Source of the DNA: Candidatus Cloacimonadales bacterium
GTDB taxonomy: Bacteria; Cloacimonadota; Cloacimonadia; Cloacimonadales; JAFGVF01
Length of the DNA: 64,000 nucleotides
NCBI GenBank assembly: GCA_963677495.2
Contig: CAXXOU010000003.1
Span: forward strand, 320,001-384,000
Direction: 5' to 3'
A program made the translations under genes and the position numbers. The notes under the pieces are model-generated. The model worked only from the letters and a program-made list of their open reading frames with translations. It was not told the DNA's origin and ran no database searches. Positions 45,832-56,597 of this stretch are shown one piece after another (within the stretch, counting starts at the first letter, position 1; every line of letters begins with the position of its first letter).

Positions 45832-48123
45832 ATGTCTTTAGATAATAGGCAAAAGATAACAGTAGAAGAGGATTCTGTAAAGGGATTGATTAATAAATAC
45901 ATAAAGTATATTTCCAGGACAAAGGCAGAAGATGAAGTCTATAAATGGAAATTGATTAAGGAATACGCAGGAAGACCCAATACTTATGCTAATGATTTTG
46001 CAAAGGAAGTAAAAGAAGTTAAGTTCGAGAACTTAATATGGGGTGTGGCTGGATCTGCCTTAAATACTCTGGCACAAAATAGACCGGAGAAGTTGCGATT
46101 TTTGTTTCAAAATCTATTCGATGAATCTATTGATTTAACAGAGCGAGTTATTGCTTTTAGCGAAGGAACGTTAAACCTTTACCATGAATTCGATGTGACA
46201 AAAAAGAGCTTTCAAGGTGAAAGGGAGATGTCTGTCTATTTAACTTACCATAATCCAGAAAAATATACATTTTATAAATCCTCATACTATGTAAAATATT
46301 GTAAGCTTATTGGGGTTAAACCTGCAAAAACAAATGAAAAATACGCTCATTATCTAACTTTGATTGATGAACTGATAGAGAAGTATATTAAAAATAATAC
46401 TGAGTTAATTGAATTAGTTAAATCTATCATCCCTGAGTATTATGCTGGTTCAAACCATAAAGTCTTAGCACAAGATATTTTGTATCAAACATTGGATAAC
46501 AATAAAGATATTGTATCATTCGAAGTAATTAAAGATAAGTTTGATGATGATGTATTCAATACCTATATTAAGTATTTACGAAACATTGTATCACGCCTTA
46601 ATATAGGACAAAACGATGATAGAGTTGTGTTTAGTGTTAGAACTGATAGATTAAGCTTTACTGTAGGACAACGATACTGTTTAAACATCTTCCTTAATAA
46701 TCCAAAAGGAATTTATGGGGTTATATCTAAAGATAAATTACTTGAGAATAGTGAAACCTATGATGGAGCTCAACCGGTTCCATATTACAGCTACTTTGAT
46801 GATTTTAATCCTAGCCAAAAAGATTTGGAGTCCATTATCTCTGCAGTAAAAAATGAATTGGATCATACAACAAAATCAAGCTTTAAAAAATACAATGATG
46901 AAAGTTTTGAGAACTATGTATATCAAGGTATCTCTACAATTAGGAGTTTAGACAATATGAACTACCCACTAAATACAATCTTCTATGGTCCTCCGGGAAC
47001 AGGTAAAACATATAACACAATCCTAAGAGCTGCTGAGATAATTGAAAACAGACGAATAGATTCCTTTAGTAAGGCATTAGAGATATACAAAGAGAACCTT
47101 CACGAGCAGATAGAGTTTATAACTTTTCATCAGAACTATAGTTATGAAGACTTCATCCAAGGTTTAAGGCCTGATACTGAAAATGATAGTAATCTAACTT
47201 TTGAGAGGAAGGATGGTATTTTTAAAGAGATTGCAGATAAAGCGTTAAAGAATATCAATGACTCAGAAAGGTCACCTATTGCTAAGAAATCTTTTGAGGT
47301 TGCTTTCAATGAATATGTAAGTCCTCTTATAGAGGGAGATGTTGAGGAAATCGAAGTTCAGATGAAACGAGTCTCTTATTATATAACAGCAGTTACTAAT
47401 AAATCTATTCAATTTAGAAAGGATAGTGGCGGAACAGCCCATACATTGAGTATTAGCACTCTAAAGAAAATGTATGAAGCAGAATCTGTTTTAGATATTC
47501 AAGGTCTTTCTTCGTATTATAAACCACTTTTGAGAGTACTTCTTAGTATTGGTAAAGATTCTTCCGGTAAAAAGCAAATTGTACAAAAGAAAAACTATGT
47601 TCTTATCATAGACGAGATAAACAGAGCCAATATATCAAGAGTATTTGGCGAGCTTATCACTCTGATAGAACCGGATAAACGCTCGCATGGAGCATTCCCT
47701 TTAAAAGCGAAGTTGCCATCCGGAGAGTTGTTCATTATACCTTCGAACTTATACATCATTGGTACTATGAATACAGCTGATAAGTCAATTGCTTTATTGG
47801 ATATTGCTCTTAGAAGAAGGTTTGATTTTGAAGCGATGTATCCTAAATACGATATACCGAATCAAGAGATATATGATGTTGATATTCTTAAGAAGTTAAA
47901 CGAAAAGATTATCGAGTCTAAAGGACACGATTTCCAAATTGGGCACTCTTACTTTATGGATAAAGACATGGATCTGCTTCAAAGAATGAACAAGAAAGTG
48001 ATTCCATTACTTTTGGAATACTTTATGAATGATGAAAAAGAGGTTAGGGCAATACTTCAGTCCGCAGGCTTAATCATCGAAAAGGGTTCATGGCCTATTA
48101 GAATAATCGGTAAGAATGAATAA
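45832..48123 (+). CDS. mcrB: McrB-family AAA+ GTPase (type IV restriction) with long N-terminal recognition region
   Basis: GPPGTGKT, FITFHQNYSYEDFIQG, IIDEINRANISRVFGELITLIE, GTMNTAD and ALRRRF. Confidence 0.93.
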   Translation: MSLDNRQKITVEEDSVKGLINKYIKYISRTKAEDEVYKWKLIKEYAGRPNTYANDFAKEVKEVKFENLIWGVAGSALNTLAQNRPEKLRFLFQNLFDESIDLTERVIAFSEGTLNLYHEFDVTKKSFQGEREMSVYLTYHNPEKYTFYKSSYYVKYCKLIGVKPAKTNEKYAHYLTLIDELIEKYIKNNTELIELVKSIIPEYYAGSNHKVLAQDILYQTLDNNKDIVSFEVIKDKFDDDVFNTYIKYLRNIVSRLNIGQNDDRVVFSVRTDRLSFTVGQRYCLNIFLNNPKGIYGVISKDKLLENSETYDGAQPVPYYSYFDDFNPSQKDLESIISAVKNELDHTTKSSFKKYNDESFENYVYQGISTIRSLDNMNYPLNTIFYGPPGTGKTYNTILRAAEIIENRRIDSFSKALEIYKENLHEQIEFITFHQNYSYEDFIQGLRPDTENDSNLTFERKDGIFKEIADKALKNINDSERSPIAKKSFEVAFNEYVSPLIEGDVEEIEVQMKRVSYYITAVTNKSIQFRKDSGGTAHTLSISTLKKMYEAESVLDIQGLSSYYKPLLRVLLSIGKDSSGKKQIVQKKNYVLIIDEINRANISRVFGELITLIEPDKRSHGAFPLKAKLPSGELFIIPSNLYIIGTMNTADKSIALLDIALRRRFDFEAMYPKYDIPNQEIYDVDILKKLNEKIIESKGHDFQIGHSYFMDKDMDLLQRMNKKVIPLLLEYFMNDEKEVRAILQSAGLIIEKGSWPIRIIGKNE

Positions 48124-49504
48124 TCTCTTTGAGTATCGTAACAAAATAAAGTTTCAAGATAGTTTCGAAGGCTTAGAAAGCTTTCTTGATGAGATTTGGA
48201 ACAATCGTGATAAGAATTCCTTCTTTAGAAACAATGATGAAGATACGATAGAATCTCAAAGATTCATACAGTTTATCCACAAAACCAGTGAGTTAAAATC
48301 TAATAAATATGTTGGTGTAATTCACTATAAAGGCCAAAGGATAAATCTGTTACCAAAGATATTTTATGATTCCGAGAAAGAATACTCTGACAATCATATA
48401 TATCAGATCCATAATCACATTCTCTGGTGGTTAAGTTATTGTCGCAAAATCAAGTTTCCAAGCTACCAAACCACTTTGGGAAATAAAGAAAGTGATTTCT
48501 TTGAAGTCTTAATCTATCTCTTCTCCAAATACACTCGAAAACTCTTAAATTCCTCTATCTATCAGCAGTATCAGGAAGTTAATCGTGAGCTTTCGTATAT
48601 AAAAGGAAGACTTAATACTACCGGATATATCAATGAGAATGTGAGTAGAGGGAATTGGCATAAGCTCAATTGTACTTATGATGCATTTGTCATTGATAAT
48701 GAGTTCAATCGGATAATTAAATATGTTACAACCCTACTATTCAATGTTGCTACTAGGCAAGAGAATAAGAAGAATTTAAGAGAGATTCTGTTCATTTTGG
48801 ATGAGGTCACCGATGAAAGAGTCACTGCTGAGCAGTGTTCTAGAATTTCTTTTAATCCAATGTTTGGTGAGTTTGAAACTGTTAGAGACTATTGTCATTT
48901 ATTCCTTTCTAACAGCGTTTCTTTCGATTATAAGAATGATCTAAAGCTCTTTGCCTTTCTCTTACCTATGGAGTATGTCTTCGAAGACTTTATCTTCGGG
49001 TTTATTGATAAAGAGTTACCGGACATATCTGTAAAAGCTCAAAGAGGTGATACCTTCTTAGATATAGACAAAACATTTAAGATTAAACCGGACTTATGGA
49101 TTGAAACAGAAGACTTATCATTGATTGCTGATGCAAAGTATAAGATTATCTATGAGGATAACAGTGATCCCAAGAAAGGCATTTCTCAACCAGATCTTTA
49201 CCAGATGCTTGCCTATGCTGTAAGGTTTAAGGTGTGCAATATAATTCTGTTTTATCCAAGTACTGTTATACAAGATCAAGAAGAAGAAACTGAAATCATA
49301 ATTAAAGATACACTTGCATTAGAGAAAGAAGTTAAAATAAAGGTACATCAGTTACCAATAATAAATATCCCTCTATTGGAGACAAAGATAAGTTCAAATG
49401 TTGATATAAAAGAATTGTTTAAACCAACGCGCGACAATTTAGCTAATAAAATAAGAAGTATTCTCACTCAAATATGTAATAAACAGTCAATTGATTCCAA
49501 TTAA
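48116..49504 (+). CDS. mcrC: McrC-family PD-(D/E)xK nuclease
   Basis: INLLPKI, YIKGRL, MEYVFEDFI, KPDLWI...ADAKYK and DLYQMLAYA; overlaps the mcrB stop. Confidence 0.92.
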   Translation: MNNLFEYRNKIKFQDSFEGLESFLDEIWNNRDKNSFFRNNDEDTIESQRFIQFIHKTSELKSNKYVGVIHYKGQRINLLPKIFYDSEKEYSDNHIYQIHNHILWWLSYCRKIKFPSYQTTLGNKESDFFEVLIYLFSKYTRKLLNSSIYQQYQEVNRELSYIKGRLNTTGYINENVSRGNWHKLNCTYDAFVIDNEFNRIIKYVTTLLFNVATRQENKKNLREILFILDEVTDERVTAEQCSRISFNPMFGEFETVRDYCHLFLSNSVSFDYKNDLKLFAFLLPMEYVFEDFIFGFIDKELPDISVKAQRGDTFLDIDKTFKIKPDLWIETEDLSLIADAKYKIIYEDNSDPKKGISQPDLYQMLAYAVRFKVCNIILFYPSTVIQDQEEETEIIIKDTLALEKEVKIKVHQLPIINIPLLETKISSNVDIKELFKPTRDNLANKIRSILTQICNKQSIDSN

Positions 49505-49622
49505 TACTTTTAGGCACAAGTTCATAGATAAAACTGGTTTGAAATTGAAGTTGTTTTCCTAATTATAAGTGTTATACTAATAATAGTATATACACAATGA
49601 ATTAGACAAGGGAAAAATATAA

Positions 49623-50789
49623 GTGAGAAAGTATTTATCTGTAGTTGCTTCTTTTATCATAATGCTCTGCATAGGGGGGATATATTCCTGGAGTATTATT
49701 GCATCAGAGTTAATCAGTGAGATTGGCTTTACTGCCTTACAGACCCAGATAATATTCGGAGTTGTCATTGCTACTTTCCCAATTACAATGATATTTACGG
49801 GTCGATATAGTCATAAGATAAAGTACAAGTTCTTTGGATTTATCGCCGGCATATTGTTTTTGCTTGGATATCTCTTAGCAAGTTTCTCAAAAGGCAACTT
49901 CATACTTGTAACTTTAGGTATCGGATTACTCAGTGGAGTAGCAACAGGTACCGGATATTGGGTTTCTCTAACATCCCCTGTACAACTATTTCCTGAAAGA
50001 AAAGGACTCATAACAGGCATAGCTGCTGCAGGCTTTGGCTTAGGAGCTGTTTTCATGTCATCTGTCTTCGAGTTCTTTATTGATCATGGTTATTGTGTTC
50101 TTGAGATAATGAGGAGAGTGGGTATAATCTATGGTCTTACTATATTTTTTGCATCATTCCTTATATATCAAGATCAAAACAGATCTGATGGAAATGATAA
50201 AGAAGTTAATACATCCCGATTTCTGACATCCCCTGTATTCAGAAAGCTCATAATAGGTATCTTCTTAGGTACTTTTGCCGGTTTACTGATTATCGGTAGC
50301 TTAAGAATAATCGGGGGGCAATACGGAATCTCGAAACACAATCTGATCATTGGAGTATCTGTTTTCGCAGCAGCTAACTTCTTAGGAAGATTGATATGGG
50401 GATTGTTAAGTGACTATTTAGGTGCAAGTTTAAGCATTTTCTTAGCACTACTCCTGCAAGCAGTTTCAATTATATCCTTAAACTTAATACCTTTGAATGA
50501 TGTATGGTACTTAGTGCTGTCAGCACTAATCGGTTTTGGATTCGGTGGAAACTTCGTTCTCTTTGCTAAAGAAACTGCCCACGTATTCGGTGTTAAAGAC
50601 TTAGGAGTTATCTACCCATATATATTATTAGGATACGCAACTGGTGGGATTGCCGGTCCTTTTGTTGGTGGTGTTCTATATGACATCTCAGGTTCGTATA
50701 AGACATCAATCTATCTTGCCAGTACAATGAGTCTGATTGGGAGTTTGCTGTTCCTAAACAATTATGTGAAAAGAAGAATAACTAAGTAA
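49623..50789 (+). CDS. MFS transporter, OFA/oxalate:formate antiporter-like
   Basis: GGIYSWS, FPERKGLITGIAAAGFGLGA and NFLGRLIWGLLSD; 12 TM segments. Confidence 0.9.
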   Translation: MRKYLSVVASFIIMLCIGGIYSWSIIASELISEIGFTALQTQIIFGVVIATFPITMIFTGRYSHKIKYKFFGFIAGILFLLGYLLASFSKGNFILVTLGIGLLSGVATGTGYWVSLTSPVQLFPERKGLITGIAAAGFGLGAVFMSSVFEFFIDHGYCVLEIMRRVGIIYGLTIFFASFLIYQDQNRSDGNDKEVNTSRFLTSPVFRKLIIGIFLGTFAGLLIIGSLRIIGGQYGISKHNLIIGVSVFAAANFLGRLIWGLLSDYLGASLSIFLALLLQAVSIISLNLIPLNDVWYLVLSALIGFGFGGNFVLFAKETAHVFGVKDLGVIYPYILLGYATGGIAGPFVGGVLYDISGSYKTSIYLASTMSLIGSLLFLNNYVKRRITK

Positions 50790-50851
50790 TTGGATTATCT
50801 ATATTCTTCAATTTCTCGATTTGAAAAGCAGATATAAGCCTATCGAATCAC

Positions 50852-50940
50852 TACCCAATCCGGCAAACCCTCCCGTAGCCCACACGAAGATCTCCCGTAG
50901 GTCTCCCGTAGCTACTTACGAGTGGCGTACGTATCGGGTA
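50852..50940. repeat. 11-bp periodic array (CTCCCGTAG core), partly mirrored
   Basis: ctcccgtagcc/cacacgaagat/ctcccgtaggt/ctcccgtagct, then tacgagtggcg/tacgtatcggg; bounded by TACCCAAT...ATCGGGTA. Confidence 0.75.
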
Positions 50941-51083
50941 TCAATTAACTACTTGAGAGAGTACCGCTTTGGGCACATTGGGTCTGTAAACATCCCTGTT
51001 CGCGCCCCTTTTTTACGTATTCTTTAAATTAACAATAGATATTGACTATCTTATGTTAACACTGAATAGCTATACCTTAACTT

Positions 51084-51176
51084 TTATACCCGACCTCGGG
51101 TTAACCACGGGACTCCCATAGGTTGACCACGGCTTCCGTGGTTTGGGCGTGTTTTAGGCGTAGTTTGTCCTTGGAT
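51084..51176. repeat. Mirror-symmetric 11-bp periodic array, inverted homolog of 26276-26368
   Basis: Reverse complement reads atccaaggaca/aactacgccta/aaacacgccca/aaccacgg-aag-ccgtggtc/aacctatggga/gtcccgtggtt/aacccgaggtc-gggtataa. Confidence 0.85.
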
Positions 51177-51434
51177 GACTAACAGTCATTTACTGGACTG
51201 CTATCAGTATTCGCATTGAGTTGCGTTCCTATTAATTATATCCTGTCTTACTTTTGAAGTATAGAGGTCTGTCTTGACAAGTCAGCAAGTTAATCGCACT
51301 AGATAGCATAAACAGCGTAGAATAACACCACCAGTTACTTTTTTCTTCCTTGACAAACTATTGTCTTAAGCAGTTTTATATCGTATAATGCAAGAATTGT
51401 AAACTAAAGTTTTGAAATACTTAGAGGAGATAAT

Positions 51435-54400
51435 ATGAAAAAGATTCTAACAATTGCTATTTTACTCACTATTATCGTGGGCTTAGTAGCACGTGTTCCT
51501 TTTGAAAAGGGACGTTATTATGACAACATACTACATGCTTGTTTTAAAATGGAGTCAGTAGGAAACATGGATGGTATTATTGAGTTTGATTTAAACGAAG
51601 ATAGTATCATTGTAACAGGTATGGAGAGCTTTGATAAGCTTGCTGAGACATACAAGTTTATCGACATGAAACAGATTTACACTCCAAAAGACAAGGAATG
51701 GAATAAAGACGGTCACTATTTACAATGTATTTATGAGATTAGAATCTCTGATAATGACCAGATGGAAGAAGTGCTTGTTGCTCTTAATCATGATGAGAAC
51801 ATTCATTATGCTCAATACGATGTTATAATGAGAGAACGTTATGTACCTAATGATCCTGACTATCATTTCCAATATTATATCCCTATTACGCATACAGATG
51901 AAGCATGGGAGTTTGGCTTAGGTTCTGAAGATATTACTGTCGGTATCTCAGACTCAGGTGTTTACTGGAATCATCCTGACCTTAGAGACAATATTTGGAT
52001 TAATGAAGCTGAAATGACAGAAGATGTTTTCATCGATTGGGATAATGGTGAAATATATGGCGGTGACGGTCTTGATAATGACCAGAACGGTAAAGTTGAT
52101 GACGTTATCGGCTGGAACTTCGCTATGAATACTAACAACCCACACCAAGATTTCCCTGGTAATGAACATGGAACCCATGTTGCCGGTTGTGCTTCTGCTG
52201 TTGGTGATAATGGTATCGGTGTTGCAGGTCCCGGATTCAATGTTAAAATCATGTGTGCAAGCGGAAGACCTGATAATGAATCAGGAACAGGTGTTGGCTA
52301 TGGTTATGCAATGCTTCAATACTTTGCTGACCTCGGTTGTGATGTTGGTAATGCAAGTTGGGGTGGACAGGAACCAAGTGATTATTGGTTCAATGAATAT
52401 AGAGAAGTTATCCAATATTGTAATGCACAGGGTATGCTTGTTGTAGCTGCAGCGGGTAATGACAATACTGAACATACAGCTGAATACCGTGATGCTCCCG
52501 GTGATATCCCTGAAGTTCTTTGTGTAGCTGCTACTTCCAGTAACGACACAAAAGCAGGTTTCTCTGATTATGGTGTTCCAATTGATATCAGTGCTCCGGG
52601 TGCAGGTATCTATTCAACATATTATGGAACTAACATGTACGAATCAAACAATGGTACATCAATGGCGTCTCCAATTGTTGCAGGTATTGCAGGACTTGTT
52701 AAGTCAGTTCATCCTGACCTTACACATGACCAGTTAAGAGCAAGACTTGAAACAACTGCTGATGATATATATCCAATGAACGAATCATATGCTGACGTTG
52801 CAGCCGGTGAGTTCTTACTCGGTAGTGGAAGAGTCAACGCTTTAGCTGCTGCTTATTATGATGTATTACCAAACGTAAACATAGAAGAAGTATTCATTGA
52901 AGAAGTAAATGGTGACGGCGATGGCATCCCTAATCCGGGAGAGACTATTGAAGTTGCTGTTCAGATTAATAACCTTATGTATATGGGAACAATGACTCCT
53001 ACTTTCTATACTTGGGCAACTGCTTATGATGTACAAGCTACGCTTTCAAGCCCTTTAGCAGGTGTTACTGTTTCTAACGAAACAAGTGATTTTGGAACTA
53101 TCTCAGGTGGTTCCTCTATTGCAAACTTCAATGATAAGTTTGTTGTAAATACTACAACTGACTTAACACCTGATAATATTCCAATGGAATTAACTATCAC
53201 ATCTAATCTGGATACTGAATGGCCTTATACTATTACAAGAACATTCAATCTTGACCTTTCACTTTTGCATGCAGACTTCCCTGTGAACATCGGTGGTGGA
53301 TCTGTTTCTTCGCCAACAATTCTTGACCTTAACAACGATGGAACTAATGAGATTGTTTTCACTCGTCCTGATGGTTCTTTAGATGCTCTTTATGCTGATG
53401 GTACACAGTATATGCCCGGTACATTCCCTGTAGCTATGGGTGGAACTATCACAAGTTCACCGGCATTTGCAGACTTAGACAATGACGGAACTATCGAAAC
53501 TGTTCTTTGTATGCAGAGTGGTCAAATCAGATGCATCAGTGCTGATGGTACTGATTTCTTTACACCTTATGATAATATTGGTGCTACACGTACTAACCCT
53601 ATTATCGCTGACCTTGATGGTAATGGTTCATTAGAAATCATCGCTGTTTCTCAGGCTCGTGAGCTTGTTATTCTTAACAGTGATGGAACTACTTACTCAG
53701 ATACGTATCCATTGAATATTAATGAATCTGCTCTTGCTCCAAGTGCTGTTGGTGATGTGAACAATGATGGTACACTTGATATCGTTGTTGCCACTACATC
53801 TTCTAACCTTCATGTATTTGATTCTTCTACAGGTGCAGAACTTACAGGCTTCCCTGTAAACTATGATTCATACTCACTTACAGGTCCTACACTAACTCAG
53901 CTTGATGATGATGCAAATATGGAAATCATCGTAGCTTCAACAGCAACCGGTGAAGTTCATGCTTATGATGATGACGGTTCAGTTATCTTTGAAAGAACTC
54001 TCGATGACCAGGTTAAAACTTCTCCTGTTGTAGGTAAAGTAAACGGTACTGTTGGCGAAGCTCAGATTGTTGTTATCTCTAACGCAGGTACTGTTTATGT
54101 GATGGATGAAAATGGTAATGACATCCCTAACTTCCCTGTGTCAGTTGATGCTAACGTTGAATCTTCACCTATCCTTGCCGGTCTTAACGGTGCAGGTGAT
54201 GCAACTATTATTTTTGGTGATAATGATGGTAACCTCCATGGTATCAAATGGAATGGTCAGGAAAACATAAACTTCCCTATGGCTTTCGAAAGCTCAATCA
54301 AATCAAGTCCATCAGTTGGTGACCTTGATGGTGATGGCCAGATGGACGTAGTATTTGCTGATCAGTATTCAATCTATGACTTAGATCTTAAGTACGGTCT

Positions 54401-54779
54401 AGGCAACGATGACAGTATTTATTACCGTGGTGATATTGCTAGAACTGGTAGCAGAGGTTATCTCATAGTAGATAATGATGATCAGGTCGTAAAACCTATC
54501 GTTGCTAACGTATTACATAATGCTTACCCTAATCCTTTCAACCCAGAGACAACTCTCTCTTTCGAACTTAAAGCTGCATCTGATGCAACTCTCGAAGTGT
54601 TCAATATCAAAGGACAGAAAGTTAATACTCTCGTAGAAAGAAGATTAAGTAAAGGTTCACATACAGTAGTTTGGAGTGGTGATGACAAGAATGGTAACAC
54701 AGTACCAAGTGGTATCTATTTCTACAAACTAACTGCAGGTAACGAAACACTTACAAAGAAAGCTGTATTAATGAAATAA
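51435..54779 (+). CDS. Secreted S8 subtilisin-like peptidase with FG-GAP/VCBS repeats and C-terminal FlgD-Ig/Por-type sorting domain
   Basis: ISDSG, HGTHVAG, AAGN and GTSMASP; repeated DL(D/N)xDGxxEI; YPNPFNPETT...KKAVLMK. Confidence 0.93.
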   Translation: MKKILTIAILLTIIVGLVARVPFEKGRYYDNILHACFKMESVGNMDGIIEFDLNEDSIIVTGMESFDKLAETYKFIDMKQIYTPKDKEWNKDGHYLQCIYEIRISDNDQMEEVLVALNHDENIHYAQYDVIMRERYVPNDPDYHFQYYIPITHTDEAWEFGLGSEDITVGISDSGVYWNHPDLRDNIWINEAEMTEDVFIDWDNGEIYGGDGLDNDQNGKVDDVIGWNFAMNTNNPHQDFPGNEHGTHVAGCASAVGDNGIGVAGPGFNVKIMCASGRPDNESGTGVGYGYAMLQYFADLGCDVGNASWGGQEPSDYWFNEYREVIQYCNAQGMLVVAAAGNDNTEHTAEYRDAPGDIPEVLCVAATSSNDTKAGFSDYGVPIDISAPGAGIYSTYYGTNMYESNNGTSMASPIVAGIAGLVKSVHPDLTHDQLRARLETTADDIYPMNESYADVAAGEFLLGSGRVNALAAAYYDVLPNVNIEEVFIEEVNGDGDGIPNPGETIEVAVQINNLMYMGTMTPTFYTWATAYDVQATLSSPLAGVTVSNETSDFGTISGGSSIANFNDKFVVNTTTDLTPDNIPMELTITSNLDTEWPYTITRTFNLDLSLLHADFPVNIGGGSVSSPTILDLNNDGTNEIVFTRPDGSLDALYADGTQYMPGTFPVAMGGTITSSPAFADLDNDGTIETVLCMQSGQIRCISADGTDFFTPYDNIGATRTNPIIADLDGNGSLEIIAVSQARELVILNSDGTTYSDTYPLNINESALAPSAVGDVNNDGTLDIVVATTSSNLHVFDSSTGAELTGFPVNYDSYSLTGPTLTQLDDDANMEIIVASTATGEVHAYDDDGSVIFERTLDDQVKTSPVVGKVNGTVGEAQIVVISNAGTVYVMDENGNDIPNFPVSVDANVESSPILAGLNGAGDATIIFGDNDGNLHGIKWNGQENINFPMAFESSIKSSPSVGDLDGDGQMDVVFADQYSIYDLDLKYGLGNDDSIYYRGDIARTGSRGYLIVDNDDQVVKPIVANVLHNAYPNPFNPETTLSFELKAASDATLEVFNIKGQKVNTLVERRLSKGSHTVVWSGDDKNGNTVPSGIYFYKLTAGNETLTKKAVLMK

Positions 54780-54800
54780 ACTTACAAACATAGACTATGA

Positions 54801-54832
54801 AAGGCTAAAGCGGAACGCTTTAGCCTTTTTTT
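54801..54832 (+). terminator. Rho-independent terminator
   Basis: AAGGCTAAAGCG-gaa-CGCTTTAGCCTT followed by a T run. Confidence 0.88.
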
Positions 54833-55012
54833 AGATTCAGGACAGTCTTTCATACAAACTAATAAATGTGAAGAAGATATGTAATATATAAAATTGACAA
54901 TTTATCTAGATCGTGTAAAAAATAAACTTGCACTTCAAAGAAAAGAAAGTAGGGTGGTTTAAATAGTCTGGTAGGATTTAACAAAGATTCAGTAGGAACT
55001 GAAGGAGAAGTT

Positions 55013-56401
55013 ATGAAAAAGCTTTTGTTTGTGTTGATTGTCATATTAATGTTGCCTATTGCTTTATTCTCTCAAGACACATGGGATAGAATGGTTAGAC
55101 CATTAACATGGTTTCACCATATGTTTGAGGTATATGAGATAAAGGAATGCTATGACGGTGGGTATGCAATGATTGGTAGCTGTCAGTGGTATTTAGATGA
55201 AGTAGATATGCATCCAAGAACATATATTATGAAAACTGATAGTGAAGGCATACTGCAGTGGTCTATTCAGGATTCAATTGATGCTACCGGAAACAATAAC
55301 CATTTTAGCCATATTGGATTTGTAGAAACTCCTGATCATGGATTCATTGTTGCAACTCACAGAAGTCTATTTAAATATGATGAATTTGGGAATAGATGTT
55401 GGTCTCATAATGAAGATAGTGAAACTGGATTCGATATGACAGATATAACTATGACAAATGATGGCAATATTTTGCTCAGCGGCAGAATAAATTACGTTGC
55501 TTCATGCAGGAAGATAACTCAAGATAATGAGATAATTTGGGAAAAAACTTATCCTGTTCCAGATAATCAATATAGCATTGTTCGTACTAGTTTTTATACT
55601 GAGTCAAATAATCTAATTCAAGTAGTTGCTGCTCAACCTGACTTCTTTGAAGATGGATTCATTTTGATATATAAGTGTGATTCACTGGGGGATACATTAT
55701 TAGTAAACAGAGATATACCAGATGAATATTTTCGCTGTTTCGGTAATATATATGAGGATATTGACACTTCTAATCTTTATTTCACAAATGGGAATGCAAC
55801 TTTGATAGCTAACTCAGATTGTGAGATAATTAGTTATAATTTCCCAACCATTGATGCGACTAAATTAGAATATCACTCTCCAAGTACATTAATCACAAGA
55901 GGAATATACTATCATGTGTTAGATAAGAATAGTCTCGTAGAAATATATTCCTCAGAGGAGACCGGCACAGAACTGGGGCATATTGATGGATATGAAACTT
56001 TTATTATCCTGGACGATGGTTTTATGGTGACTGCAGGTGATTTTACATACAGTGATGGAATTCGCATTATCAAAACAAACTCACTTGGTGCTGTACCTAG
56101 CTGCGATTACACAATTCCTGAACCAAATCAGATGATACTGAGTAACTACCCTAATCCTTTCAACCCTGAGACAACTCTTTCTTTTGAACTTAAGGCTGAT
56201 TCTGATGCAACTCTTGAAGTGTTCAATATCAAAGGACAGAAAGTTAATACTCTCGTAGAAAGAAGATTAAGTAAAGGTTCACATACAGTAGTTTGGAGTG
56301 GTGAAGACAAGAAAGGTAATACTGTAACAAGTGGTATCTATTTCTACAAACTAACTGCAGGTAACGAATCAGTAACAAAGAAAGCTGTATTAATGAAATA
56401 A
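55013..56401 (+). CDS. Secreted beta-propeller-like protein with C-terminal FlgD-Ig/Por-type sorting domain
   Basis: Signal peptide; DGGY...KTDSEG...W type repeats; C-terminal tail nearly identical to the upstream gene. Confidence 0.82.
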   Translation: MKKLLFVLIVILMLPIALFSQDTWDRMVRPLTWFHHMFEVYEIKECYDGGYAMIGSCQWYLDEVDMHPRTYIMKTDSEGILQWSIQDSIDATGNNNHFSHIGFVETPDHGFIVATHRSLFKYDEFGNRCWSHNEDSETGFDMTDITMTNDGNILLSGRINYVASCRKITQDNEIIWEKTYPVPDNQYSIVRTSFYTESNNLIQVVAAQPDFFEDGFILIYKCDSLGDTLLVNRDIPDEYFRCFGNIYEDIDTSNLYFTNGNATLIANSDCEIISYNFPTIDATKLEYHSPSTLITRGIYYHVLDKNSLVEIYSSEETGTELGHIDGYETFIILDDGFMVTAGDFTYSDGIRIIKTNSLGAVPSCDYTIPEPNQMILSNYPNPFNPETTLSFELKADSDATLEVFNIKGQKVNTLVERRLSKGSHTVVWSGEDKKGNTVTSGIYFYKLTAGNESVTKKAVLMK

Positions 56402-56423
56402 TCTTGTATATTCTAATAAACAA

Positions 56424-56457
56424 AGGCTAAAGCAGAAAACTTTAGCCTCTTTTTTTT
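56424..56457 (+). terminator. Rho-independent terminator (related to 54801-54832)
   Basis: AGGCTAAAG...CTTTAGCCT followed by T8. Confidence 0.82.
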
Positions 56458-56597
56458 AAAGTAACAACCTCTTTGTCGACCATAACATCATTATCTATCA
56501 GGCAATTACTAAGCAAATCATTTATCATAATGATTAGCTAGGTCCTAACTGGTTCTCTTTATCTAATCTCATCAAAAACCTAGAATCTCGCATGTCC

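Noticed and set aside
50821..51027. ORF-track 68-aa ORF
   Set aside because: Reads through the 11-bp array, whose period is not a multiple of 3, and has no RBS.
54525..56401. Diversity-generating retroelement TR/VR pair
   Set aside because: Differences are not confined to adenines (several C/T synonymous changes), both copies are coding tails, and no reverse transcriptase is present.
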